Shown here: positions 29,947 through 38,821 of the stretch, one piece after another
How positions within the stretch are numbered: position 1 is the stretch's first letter
Layout of the letters: each line of letters begins with the position of its first letter
IMG/VR virus record: IMGVR_UViG_3300031857_000047
Span: 46,956-110,955 of that record
Direction: 5' to 3' (one strand)
Length of the DNA: 64,000 bases
Source of the DNA: a virus
Program-made: the position numbers and the translations under genes
The notes under the pieces: model-generated
Databases searched by the model: none
Seen by the model: only the letters and a program-made list of their open reading frames with translations
What the model was told of the DNA's origin: nothing

Positions 29947-30996
29947 TTATCCTAGTGTCAATGCAAATCTAATTGCAATGTCGTTAGCTGTGCTTTCTGA
30001 AACGGCACCAATTGTACCTGCTGGGCTTGACCATTGTAGTCCATCCCAAATTTCCAAAGCCTTTGAATCTGTGTTGTATCGAGTCATGCCCTCAACAGCA
30101 TAAGTTGTTGGGCGTTCGCCTGTTGTTCCACGTGGAACAACAAATGCATTGGTTCCGGATATTTTTACATATCCAGTTCCTGTTTGTGTCAATTCTGTTA
30201 TACTGTCGCTGACAAAGTTAGTAATAGTATTATCACGTATGCGGAAATTGCCGATTACTACAGCGCCGGATCCGTTAGGGTCAAGTACTAGATCTCCGGT
30301 TGTCGTAGAGATGGTGTTATTTTCTAAATGTATGTTGCCAACATCAAATGTACTTAGACTCAAACTATCAGCAAAAACTCCTTGAGCATATACTGCTTGC
30401 CATTTATATCCCGGTGATCCAAGATCGTATGAGTTGTTAGTTTCAGGAATTAGATCGCTGCGAATACTGGCATTAATTGTGATAGTGTCCGATAATGCAT
30501 CGCCAATTATAAGATTACCGCCTATTGTGATGTTGCCGGTTGCAGAAATGTTTCCGTCGACTGCTAGATTGCCTGTAATATCGGTGGCGCTTTGAATGTC
30601 GACTTTTCCTGTGCCACTAGGATCTAACTCTAAGTTTGAATTAGAAACAGTAGTTGAAATTTTGTTGCCGTGAATTTCAATATCATTAACAGTTAGTCTA
30701 GAATGATAGGCTGTTGCTTCACCGCCTGATGCTATGAAGCTAATTGTTGGAAGATTGCTAGAAATTGTATTGCCGGTAAGTGTAAAATTACCAACTTCTA
30801 TTTGATTTAGAACTTCTAAATTTGTAGTTCTTGCTGTGCCTACTAGGTCTAATTGGTATTGAGGAGTAGCCGTGTTGATACCGATGCGAGAGTTAACAAC
30901 ATCAAGATAAAGAAGGTCTGTCTCAAAGGCTAAATTGACTCCGTCACGAATCAAATTCGACTTTAAGAGCGGACCGGAAATACGACCAATAGCCAT
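29947..30996 (-). CDS. Fibre-like structural protein
   Basis: GRISGPLLKSNL, LLYLDVVNSRIGIN, NTISTT..DLVLDPNGSG repeats, PRGTTGERP...GMTRYNT. Confidence 0.7.
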   Translation of the reverse strand: MAIGRISGPLLKSNLIRDGVNLAFETDLLYLDVVNSRIGINTATPQYQLDLVGTARTTNLEVLNQIEVGNFTLTGNTISSNLPTISFIASGGEATAYHSRLTVNDIEIHGNKISTTVSNSNLELDPSGTGKVDIQSATDITGNLAVDGNISATGNITIGGNLIIGDALSDTITINASIRSDLIPETNNSYDLGSPGYKWQAVYAQGVFADSLSLSTFDVGNIHLENNTISTTTGDLVLDPNGSGAVVIGNFRIRDNTITNFVSDSITELTQTGTGYVKISGTNAFVVPRGTTGERPTTYAVEGMTRYNTDSKALEIWDGLQWSSPAGTIGAVSESTANDIAIRFALTLG

Positions 30997-31110
30997 GTGC
31001 TCTCCTAAATACCCGGTGTTTCACCGATAACCAAATTTTCAGCTTGCGCTCTCTGCTGGTTTACCACAGTCGAATCTTGCAGAAAATTGGTCGTTCGCTG
31101 CAATTACTAG
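30997..31110 (-). ncRNA. Structured 5' leader (unclassified cis-regulatory RNA candidate)
   Basis: Lies between late promoter 31111-31117 and the ATG at 30996. Several hairpins and a possible pseudoknot (see findings). Confidence 0.45.
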
Positions 31111-31117
31111 TATTTAG
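31111..31117 (-). promoter_or_regulatory. Late promoter CTAAATA
   Basis: Upstream of the structured leader of 29947..30996. Confidence 0.55.
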
Positions 31118-31130
31118 TCAGATTTGGGAA

Positions 31131-32222
31131 TTAGCCGAAGATCAGTGTATAAACGTGGCCGAGTTCTTCCATGATAGGCGCAGTGATAACAATACCGCCA
31201 CCTGTGGCCACCTGCCATATTGTGCCGTCGAAACATTCCATGTAGCCTATTTCACTATTCCAACGTGTGGCTCCTACTTCAACCGGAGTGCGTTCAGCTG
31301 TAGTTCCGTATGGAATTCTAAAGGCATTGGTATCGTTTATGGTTAGATAGCCAGTACCTGTATGAGAAATAGTTATAGGAGTATTATTGAAATTGTTTAT
31401 CACCCCTGCATTTATAGAAATGTTTTCTATTCTTATTGTGCCAGTTGCAGAGTCAACTATGAGATTGTCATTGCTTTGAATTGTTGATATTGTATTAGCA
31501 GTAAATTTCATTTGATCGCTAATAAACAAATTTACAGTATTAATATTATCAACTCCATTTATGTCGTAAATGTGCAATTCTGACCAACGCTTATCGTTTT
31601 TACCCAAATCGTATGTTCCATCTAGTCCTGGAATAATACTTTGTGTAAAATCAGGAGAAATAGTAACAGTATCTATTGGACTGTCTCCTACAATAAACTG
31701 TCCGTCTAGTCTTACTTCACCTGTTGCAGAGATGTTTCCAACTACTGCTAAATTGCCTGTAATGTCAGTACTGGCTAAAATATTAACTTTGCCTGTGCCT
31801 GCTGCATCCAGAGTAATATCAGCGTTGGTAGCAATGCCTCTAATATAATTGTCTTTAATTTCAAAATCAGGAGTTAATATTTTACCGTATTGAACATAGG
31901 CTTCTGCACCGTTAGGTTCTATAATTATAGGGCCTACTGTAGTGCTTATTGTTCCAGAAGTATAAAAAATTAAATTATCTACCTCTGCTTGTGTACCGTT
32001 CACAATAACATTAGCACTTACTCTAGAGTCGCCTGCGATGTCTAATTCGTAGTCTGGTGGATTAGAATTGATACCTATTCTAGAGTTATTAACATCTAGA
32101 TATAATAGGTCAGCATCAGTTGGAGCATTTCTAAAAGTTAGGTCAACACCGTTTCTTAATAGATTTTCAGTTAAAAGTTTTCCACTGATCCTACCAAGTT
32201 GTGCTACAAACGGTTCTGGCAT
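31131..32222 (-). CDS. Fibre-like structural protein, paralogue of 29947..30996
   Basis: GRISGKLLTENL, LLYLDVNNSRIGIN, PYGTTAERT...GATRWNS. Confidence 0.7.
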   Translation of the reverse strand: MPEPFVAQLGRISGKLLTENLLRNGVDLTFRNAPTDADLLYLDVNNSRIGINSNPPDYELDIAGDSRVSANVIVNGTQAEVDNLIFYTSGTISTTVGPIIIEPNGAEAYVQYGKILTPDFEIKDNYIRGIATNADITLDAAGTGKVNILASTDITGNLAVVGNISATGEVRLDGQFIVGDSPIDTVTISPDFTQSIIPGLDGTYDLGKNDKRWSELHIYDINGVDNINTVNLFISDQMKFTANTISTIQSNDNLIVDSATGTIRIENISINAGVINNFNNTPITISHTGTGYLTINDTNAFRIPYGTTAERTPVEVGATRWNSEIGYMECFDGTIWQVATGGGIVITAPIMEELGHVYTLIFG

Positions 32223-32240
32223 TCGCTCTCTCCGGTAATA

Positions 32241-32741
32241 TTAATCGGCGTAGCCGTAATATATTGTGATGTATTTGTCTAAAGGAACTGAACTGGTAAA
32301 CACAATATAGGTATTACCTGATCCTAGATAATTGTCCACTAGGTTGTAGTTAGTATCTGAAATTTGAAAAACGTTTTCAACAAATACCAAAATGTTGTTT
32401 TCAGAATTTGGAATTTTAGTTAAAGGACCAAATGTTGTCTCTACTTCGTTGCCTGGCCCTAGAGTCTGTTTGGTAATAGCTGTGGCGCCCGGAGCTCTAA
32501 CCACTTCCCATACTCCGTCGATATAGGCTTCGATGGAGTTTGTTGTAGTATTGTACCGCATGAATCCATTAGCGCCGCCTGTGGTTCTAACTCCGCTTAA
32601 TTGCGGACGTTGTGCAGTAGTACCTTTAGGCAATCGTAATCCGCCTGTTATTTCCATAACAGCACGACCATAGTGATTGGTAAACAGTGTTTGATCACTA
32701 GGACTATACTTGCTAAGAGTTTTTTGTTTAAGGAATCTCAT
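32241..32741 (-). CDS. Structural protein
   Basis: LPKGTTAQRP...GFMRYNTT...EAYIDGVW and ILVFVENVFQ modules. Confidence 0.65.
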   Translation of the reverse strand: MRFLKQKTLSKYSPSDQTLFTNHYGRAVMEITGGLRLPKGTTAQRPQLSGVRTTGGANGFMRYNTTTNSIEAYIDGVWEVVRAPGATAITKQTLGPGNEVETTFGPLTKIPNSENNILVFVENVFQISDTNYNLVDNYLGSGNTYIVFTSSVPLDKYITIYYGYAD

Positions 32742-33121
32742 ACTGGCAATGCACTCACTGTGATACTTAACAAGTTTCCAACGCTGGCAGTAGCACGAAT
32801 TTGATCATTACCATAAGTAGTACTACCTTTTAACACTATGCGCTCGTCGCTGAAAAATACAGTTTCTCCTGCAGGTACAATTAAATTCTTAACAACAGTA
32901 TTTGTGTCTGAACTTACTCCGCCTGCTGGCACTAAATTTAATGTTAGAGTACAACTGTTAACAGTTTCGTCGGTTAAGTTTGGAGTTCCTGTATTACAAA
33001 CTATGATATTTGTAATGGCATTATCTTGTGCAACTACTGCGCCACCAACTGGGGCTCCTGTACTGGTGCTAGTAAACACCAATGTATCTCCTGAAGTTGT
33101 TAGTCGTGTGCTGTATATCAT
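32738..33121 (-). CDS. Small beta-sandwich virion protein
   Basis: IIVCNT...VPAGETVFFSDERIVL. Confidence 0.6.
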   Translation of the reverse strand: MIYSTRLTTSGDTLVFTSTSTGAPVGGAVVAQDNAITNIIVCNTGTPNLTDETVNSCTLTLNLVPAGGVSSDTNTVVKNLIVPAGETVFFSDERIVLKGSTTYGNDQIRATASVGNLLSITVSALPV

Positions 33122-33133
33122 TTTTATTGTCTC

Positions 33134-34123
33134 TTAAAATATCATGCTAAAAACAAGAGCTTTGCTCTTGCTTATCAATTCATCATTCTTACTGGTGTTT
33201 CTAAAATAAACGCCTGTGCTGCCTGTACCTACAGATCCGCCATATACTAAACTAGCATTGTTTACTGCCGCTGGAGTAGTTCCTGGATTGTCTAGTTGTA
33301 AGGCGTAGGTAATTTCAACTTTCCCTGTACCGTTGGTTTCTAATTTGATATTGCCGTTGGTATTAACCGTTTGAATTACAGTAGCATCGGGAATTAACGG
33401 GTCATCCGGTGTTGGATCCTCTGTAAAAAAGTTTGCTCCGGCCATTTGCACTCTGTTTCTAAAAAACTGTGCAACAATGTTATTGTCAATTACTACTCCT
33501 ACTAGACTTTCTACAGGTTGTACAAAGTATGGACCAATTGGAAATAATCCAGAAGCTATAGGATCGTTTACATCAAATGCTGCGGTACGTGTATCATTTC
33601 TTAAAATTTGAAATGTTGGATTAGTTTGAATTGCATCGTCAACATATTTTTTATTAGGTACGTCATCGTCGTCTGTAACTTGCAATTCGTATGCTGTTGT
33701 GCCTGCTACTTTAACAACTCCTGTACCAGTTCCAATTAGTGTCAAATCGCCACTATCGGTATCTGCGTTTGTTAAAATTTCTTTTACTCTAACTTTACTA
33801 GAATTATAACCAGCACCTTCTTTGAAATTCCATGTTTGATCATTTTCATCCCACAACAATGAAACATCAGTTGCTAATCCTCGATCAACTTCAATTCCAG
33901 AATATCTTAGAGTAACACCACTACCGGTTTCACCGTAATTAATTGTAATTATGTTGTCGTCTACATTTAAGTTTTCAACAGAGACATACAAGGTGTCACC
34001 TTCAACTATTAAGTTTCCAGTAACTCTGGTATTTCCAACACCCGCACCCGTATCAAGAGTAATTGTTGCACCCTCGCCGGATTTGATATTATAATCACCG
34101 CTTACCTGTATAAACTGTCCCAT
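33134..34123 (-). CDS. Fibre-like structural protein
   Basis: VTGNLIVEG, LNVDDNIITIN, SGIEVDRG, PNKKYVD, hydrophobic C-terminus. Confidence 0.65.
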   Translation of the reverse strand: MGQFIQVSGDYNIKSGEGATITLDTGAGVGNTRVTGNLIVEGDTLYVSVENLNVDDNIITINYGETGSGVTLRYSGIEVDRGLATDVSLLWDENDQTWNFKEGAGYNSSKVRVKEILTNADTDSGDLTLIGTGTGVVKVAGTTAYELQVTDDDDVPNKKYVDDAIQTNPTFQILRNDTRTAAFDVNDPIASGLFPIGPYFVQPVESLVGVVIDNNIVAQFFRNRVQMAGANFFTEDPTPDDPLIPDATVIQTVNTNGNIKLETNGTGKVEITYALQLDNPGTTPAAVNNASLVYGGSVGTGSTGVYFRNTSKNDELISKSKALVFSMIF

Positions 34124-34137
34124 GCTAAAATCCTAAA

Positions 34138-34506
34138 TTAGATTGCTGTTAAAATTAACAAAGTTTCAGTAGAATCATCTGATAGTGTCCACTTATAGCG
34201 AACACTGTTGAAATCAGCTACAGTTCTAAAATTAATTTTTCTTAAAGTTTTGGGTGAACCATTTAACATTCCAACTAATGTTGCTTCACCGTTATTTGCT
34301 GGGTCTGAATTTGTACCTGCTACTAATTTACAAATTTCTACGGCTGTTGTACCGTTGTCTGTACTACATTTAAATCTACGAGCACTAACTTGATTTACAA
34401 TAAAACCTTCATATACTGTGCCACCAGATTTAAATCTGATAGGAAGATGAGGGGTTGCTGCGGAACCAGTTGCTCCAAAATATCTTTTACTTAGTTTATT
34501 TGCCAT
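34138..34506 (-). CDS. Hypothetical virion protein (possible head decoration)
   Basis: Strong RBS (AAGGAG), own late promoter and structured leader. Lies close to gp23. Confidence 0.55.
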   Translation of the reverse strand: MANKLSKRYFGATGSAATPHLPIRFKSGGTVYEGFIVNQVSARRFKCSTDNGTTAVEICKLVAGTNSDPANNGEATLVGMLNGSPKTLRKINFRTVADFNSVRYKWTLSDDSTETLLILTAI

Positions 34507-34575
34507 TTGTTTTCTCCTTTAGAGTGACGTTCTAGGTCTTGCTCAGTGGCGCTGCGCAATCATTTCTAGATACTT

Positions 34576-34582
34576 TATTTAT
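34576..34582 (-). promoter_or_regulatory. Late promoter ATAAATA
   Basis: About 70 nt upstream of the 34506 start. Confidence 0.55.
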
Positions 34583-34851
34583 CCGCGACTTAGCATAGCC
34601 ATTAACTCCAGTTTTTCTACTGTGGCTACGATTTGATTGATTGAGTCTATTTCTTTTTGAGCACGTTCTAAATAGCTTCTGCTGTGCGTTTGTCTATAAT
34701 TAACCATAATTCTACTGTGTGTTTGTATATGATGATCAATTATTTTTTCTATCTGTTGCACATCGTGTGTAAACATAGGAAAGCGTTTGCGCCACACACT
34801 GTATTGCTGACGCAATTTTACAAAGTCTTTGTCACTTTCTATCTGCATCAA
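34579..34851 (-). CDS. Hypothetical helical protein
   Basis: 90-aa ORF with TTAAATA immediately upstream (34853-34859). Confidence 0.55.
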   Translation of the reverse strand: MMQIESDKDFVKLRQQYSVWRKRFPMFTHDVQQIEKIIDHHIQTHSRIMVNYRQTHSRSYLERAQKEIDSINQIVATVEKLELMAMLSRG

Positions 34852-34866
34852 CTATTTAAGTCAAAC

Positions 34867-34890
34867 AAAAAGGCTCCGAAGAGCCTTTTT
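34867..34890 (-). terminator. Intrinsic terminator after the major capsid gene
   Basis: Minus strand AAAAAGGCTC-TTCG-GAGCCTTTTT, with a C(UUCG)G tetraloop. Confidence 0.85.
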
Positions 34891-34919
34891 GAATTTAGTG
34901 CAATTATTTCTAATACGGA

Positions 34920-36095
34920 TTAGGTATAAGAAACACCAGCAATAGTTACTTGACCTAGGTAGTCCGCAGCATTACCAAGAGATGATGCTGTGTTTGTCAA
35001 CTCTACATAACCATAACGTGTCATAAATGATACGACTGGTTCGAAAGTTGATGGGTCAAGAACAACGCCACTGCTCATCAATGGAATGTATGGGCAATAG
35101 AACGCTGCTGCGTCAGATTCGCTAGAACCTTTATAACCAACAACAATTGCGCTGTTATCAGCAGCGTATGTGTTAACATACACTTTCATTGCGCTATTCA
35201 ATGTACCAACAAACTTAGTGTTTGTAGGTGCTTCGAATGTACCTTCTGTTGTTCTTGCGAACGCAGAAGTTGTAGCACTTTGAAGAATTGTCAATGCTTG
35301 TGGGCTAACAACAGCCCAATTACCTGCACCGCGACGTGTACGCTGAGCGATCACGTTAGCAACACGGTTGATAGCAACTGCCAATGCGGCATGCTCGTCA
35401 CCAACGAATGTAGCTGTACCAGACACTGCTGTTTGATCAAATGCTACTGTGTTACTTGCGCCAGAAGCTAAAGTACCTAGGCTACGTAGAACTTCTTGGT
35501 CGATCTCAGCAGTAATCTCTTGTGCAAGAGCTGCCATGATCTCAGCTTCGATGTCAATGCCTTGTTGGGCTTGTGCATCTTGTGCTGCTTCGAATGTCCA
35601 GCGAGCTGACAACTTACGTGTCTTGGCTTCAACTGTTTGCTTCAAGATTTGGATGCTTAGTTTGTTACCAGCAACACCTTCTTTGGCTGCTGTAGCATCA
35701 GCTTTTCCTGGTGCAACACCAGAATAGCCTTCAGCAATCTTGAATGGGCTTAGTGCCTCTTCACCAGCTGTTGTAGATCCACCTGTGCCGTCGCTGAATG
35801 TATCAGAATAACGAACACGTAGAGTGTGGATTTGACCAACTGGGCCAGTCATTGGTTGTACACCAACCAATTCATTAGCGATGACCGTAGGCATCACACG
35901 TCTGATCACTGGAAGGATCACACGATTTAGGGTTGCAACGTTGCCAGCGGATGTAGCTCCAGCTGTGGCGCTCTCTGCCAAATACTTGCGGGTATTCTCT
36001 AGAGTAGCTGCCATTACTGAACGCTTGTTACCTTGAAGACCTTCTAAAAGAGCTTCTTTGGTTTCCGACCAGCGTGACTCGAGTAATTGTGACAT
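34920..36095 (-). CDS. gp23: Major capsid protein, T4 gp23-like
   Basis: VRR-type RRVMPTVIANELVGVQPMTGPVGQI, VEAKTRKLSARWTFEAAQD, EITAEIDQE, AFYCPYIPL, FMTRYG. Confidence 0.96.
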   Translation of the reverse strand: MSQLLESRWSETKEALLEGLQGNKRSVMAATLENTRKYLAESATAGATSAGNVATLNRVILPVIRRVMPTVIANELVGVQPMTGPVGQIHTLRVRYSDTFSDGTGGSTTAGEEALSPFKIAEGYSGVAPGKADATAAKEGVAGNKLSIQILKQTVEAKTRKLSARWTFEAAQDAQAQQGIDIEAEIMAALAQEITAEIDQEVLRSLGTLASGASNTVAFDQTAVSGTATFVGDEHAALAVAINRVANVIAQRTRRGAGNWAVVSPQALTILQSATTSAFARTTEGTFEAPTNTKFVGTLNSAMKVYVNTYAADNSAIVVGYKGSSESDAAAFYCPYIPLMSSGVVLDPSTFEPVVSFMTRYGYVELTNTASSLGNAADYLGQVTIAGVSYT

Positions 36096-36106
36096 TATAG
36101 TTCTCC

Positions 36107-37201
36107 TTAAACTTTTAGTCCCGCAAGCCTGCGGATGTCAAAAATTTCAGCAGTTTTTTCTTCACTGCTAAAAGATTGTGCCTGTTTTTTATCGCCTGTC
36201 ATTTCTTTGCCTTCTATTAATGTTTTCTTAGCAGGTGCACCACCGTTCATTACTGATGGGATGTACTTGTCATAAGCTGTACGTAGTTTGTCTGTCTGAA
36301 CTGACTCGAGTAATTCTTTCATTACTACACGCTTGTCTCCACTCAATGGTCCGAGCAATTCGCTCATAACTTCTTTGCGGTTCATTGCGTCTTGTGCAAT
36401 ACGTAGTTCTTGTTCACGACTTTCTACTAATTTTTGTGTTTCTGCAACAATTTTTGCTGCTTCTTCGAGTTCTTGCTCTTTTGTAGCAACTACTCTTAGA
36501 AGTTTTGCTGTTTCGCTTTTCTCATTGAGATGGCTTGCAGCATATTCACTTGCGAAGCTTTCAAAAATTCTGCGACCAAAATCATTTCTGCGGGCAGCAT
36601 CGATATCGTCACGCAATTGTACCATTTCAGATTTTAGTCCTTTAGAGACTGTTTCTTGAATGATAGCTGATGAGCGAGCAATAAAATCTTTCTTAACTTG
36701 TTCAAACTTAGCTTTGCTTTCGCGAACTAGTTTAACTTTTGTTTCAGCTAAGTCTTTCTTATCTGAGTGGAATTCTGCGATTTCTTTCGCTAGTGCATCC
36801 ACGATAAAAGATTCTAATTTACCAACGTTGTTAGCAACTGCTTTACGATCTTCGTGTAGTTCTGCAAGTTCTTTGCGCAAATTATTCAATACAAATGCTT
36901 CCATTGCTGTAGCATCTTCTTTCATTTTTTGTGCATACTTGGCACGAGCTTCGATAAGTCCTTGACGGTCTTCTGCTAGCTCTGATAGCTCTGCCTGTAG
37001 GCGGTCTGCTAACATTGCTTCTACAGCTTCAACCATTGCGGATTTGTCGTGCTCGTACTTTTGTGCAAATTCTTCACGTAGTGTAGCAGTGACTTGGTCA
37101 CGGTTTTCTTGAATTCTGCTTTGCCAAGCGGTTTCAATTTCCGATTTAAGTTCTTCGGAAATCACATTGTTTTCAAACAACTGTTTAACGAAATCTAGCA
37201 T
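36107..37201 (-). CDS. gp22: Prohead scaffolding/core protein, gp22-like
   Basis: Coiled-coil, E/K-rich, FGRRIFESF. Lies between the protease and the MCP. Confidence 0.85.
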   Translation of the reverse strand: MLDFVKQLFENNVISEELKSEIETAWQSRIQENRDQVTATLREEFAQKYEHDKSAMVEAVEAMLADRLQAELSELAEDRQGLIEARAKYAQKMKEDATAMEAFVLNNLRKELAELHEDRKAVANNVGKLESFIVDALAKEIAEFHSDKKDLAETKVKLVRESKAKFEQVKKDFIARSSAIIQETVSKGLKSEMVQLRDDIDAARRNDFGRRIFESFASEYAASHLNEKSETAKLLRVVATKEQELEEAAKIVAETQKLVESREQELRIAQDAMNRKEVMSELLGPLSGDKRVVMKELLESVQTDKLRTAYDKYIPSVMNGGAPAKKTLIEGKEMTGDKKQAQSFSSEEKTAEIFDIRRLAGLKV

Positions 37202-37216
37202 GTGATTCTCCTACTG

Positions 37217-37846
37217 TTATCTGAGACCTCTGATGATTCTCACCAGACTCTCTGCTATGTATTTCTGTGCCTTTGGGTCGCCTTTGACTTCTTGTGCTAT
37301 TTTAAATGCCTGGTTTCCACCTAATGTGTTCATTAAATGTTCGTAAACTGGAGTTGGGTAAGCTCCCGGGGCGCTAGGTTGTGCTACAATATCAACCGTG
37401 ATAATTTCAAAACCTTGAACATTACCACTGCCATCTACTTCACCGGAACCTCTACTCGATACACCCAACTTGACTCCCGACTGCAACATGGTCTGTACTA
37501 ATTGACCCATCGGAGTTGGGATGATTTTAAGTTTTCCGTAGCCGTTAGGACCATCCATCCACATCTTGGTAATCATATGACTAACTCGATCTAGATTGAT
37601 TTTTAAATCCTGAGGATGATCTAACTCTCCGCAAACTGAATATCCGCCAGAGATCTGCTCGTTAAGCGTTTTGACAGCCTTGCCAATCTCAAAGGAAGAA
37701 TAAATTCGCTGGTTCTGATTACGGATATCTCCTTGAATACAGATACCGTTCAGATGCAGCGATTTTGTTTCGCCCTCACCTTCGCTCTCCAAGACAATCT
37801 TAGCCTGGTCAAAACTCAATTGTTCGCTGAGATTAGTTTTCACCAT
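37217..37846 (-). CDS. gp21: Prohead protease, gp21-like
   Basis: GICIQGDIRNQNQRIY, GELDHP, PTPMG, LGVSSRGSG, DIVAQPSAPGAY. Confidence 0.93.
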   Translation of the reverse strand: MVKTNLSEQLSFDQAKIVLESEGEGETKSLHLNGICIQGDIRNQNQRIYSSFEIGKAVKTLNEQISGGYSVCGELDHPQDLKINLDRVSHMITKMWMDGPNGYGKLKIIPTPMGQLVQTMLQSGVKLGVSSRGSGEVDGSGNVQGFEIITVDIVAQPSAPGAYPTPVYEHLMNTLGGNQAFKIAQEVKGDPKAQKYIAESLVRIIRGLR

Positions 37847-37855
37847 TGCGTCCTA

Positions 37856-38758
37856 TTATCTACGACCACGGAAAAGACTTGCTTTGTCAACTGAACCGGA
37901 AGAACCACCTGCTCCGCTGAATTTACCTTCAGCTTCGCCTTTCTTCTCTGCACCATGGCCTGGCTCTTTCGTTGAGAAAGCACCACCTGCCTTGCCGCCT
38001 GGAACGTTGATGTTGCCTGCATTATCTTCTTTTGGTGTGCCTTTGAATAGGCTTGATCCGCCTAATTGGCCGCCACCTGCACCTGCATACTTAGGTGCTT
38101 CTTCTTTGCTGCCTAGAATGTTAGCAGTTGTACCGCCCATGTCATTCTTACCAGCAACGATAGACTTGGTATTTACATTTGGCTTGTCGCTTAGTGAACC
38201 TGTACCGCTGAATTGACCTTCACCTTGGCCTTTCTTTTCTGCGCCATGACCACCTGGAACTTTTTCTACGTACTCACGTACTGTTTCTAGATCAAAATCA
38301 TCTTTCATTTCATTAGGTGCGTCCATTTTGCCACCTTCTTCGCCACCGCCTAGTGCATCAAAACGTGCTTGTAGTTCGTCTACAATGCTGTCTAGGTCTT
38401 GGAATAATTCTTCTTCGCTGTTTGCACTTAGGTCGTCGTCTTCTTCAGGACCCATTTCGCCTGCTAGGTCATCGCCCATATCGCCGGCTGGTCCGCCTGT
38501 TTCATCATCGCCTTCGTAGGCAATGTCTTCAAATTCTTCGTCCAAATCGTTCTCTTCATCAACTTCTGATTCTTCTTTAACTTCTGGATCATTTGGATTT
38601 TCTTTCTCTTCATCATCGCTCATTTCAGTTTCGATGAGATTTTCATAAATTTCGCGAGATTTTCCAACTACGTACTCGTGGAATAATTCTTCTGCTTTTG
38701 CTTGATCGTCGTTGACCAAACGTTCGAGCATCTGCTCAAGTAGGGATTTTTCTGCCAT
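37856..38758 (-). CDS. Acidic prohead core/internal precursor protein
   Basis: Very D/E-rich middle and a Gly/Lys-rich tail with a duplicated GHGAEKKGxxEGxFSG. Lies directly upstream of gp21. Confidence 0.65.
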   Translation of the reverse strand: MAEKSLLEQMLERLVNDDQAKAEELFHEYVVGKSREIYENLIETEMSDDEEKENPNDPEVKEESEVDEENDLDEEFEDIAYEGDDETGGPAGDMGDDLAGEMGPEEDDDLSANSEEELFQDLDSIVDELQARFDALGGGEEGGKMDAPNEMKDDFDLETVREYVEKVPGGHGAEKKGQGEGQFSGTGSLSDKPNVNTKSIVAGKNDMGGTTANILGSKEEAPKYAGAGGGQLGGSSLFKGTPKEDNAGNINVPGGKAGGAFSTKEPGHGAEKKGEAEGKFSGAGGSSGSVDKASLFRGRR

Positions 38759-38793
38759 AATATATTCTCCTTAAGATGGTTAGGCTGTAAGTT

Positions 38794-38800
38794 TATTTAA
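38794..38800 (-). promoter_or_regulatory. Late promoter TTAAATA
   Basis: Upstream of the 38758 start (head operon). Confidence 0.55.
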
Positions 38801-38821
38801 CACTCTGTTTATAAATCAGGG

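Noticed and set aside
31035-31075. GGUAAACC...GCGCAAGC loosely like a c-di-GMP-I riboswitch
   Set aside because: Spacing and the P2 tetraloop/receptor architecture do not fit, so it is left as unclassified.
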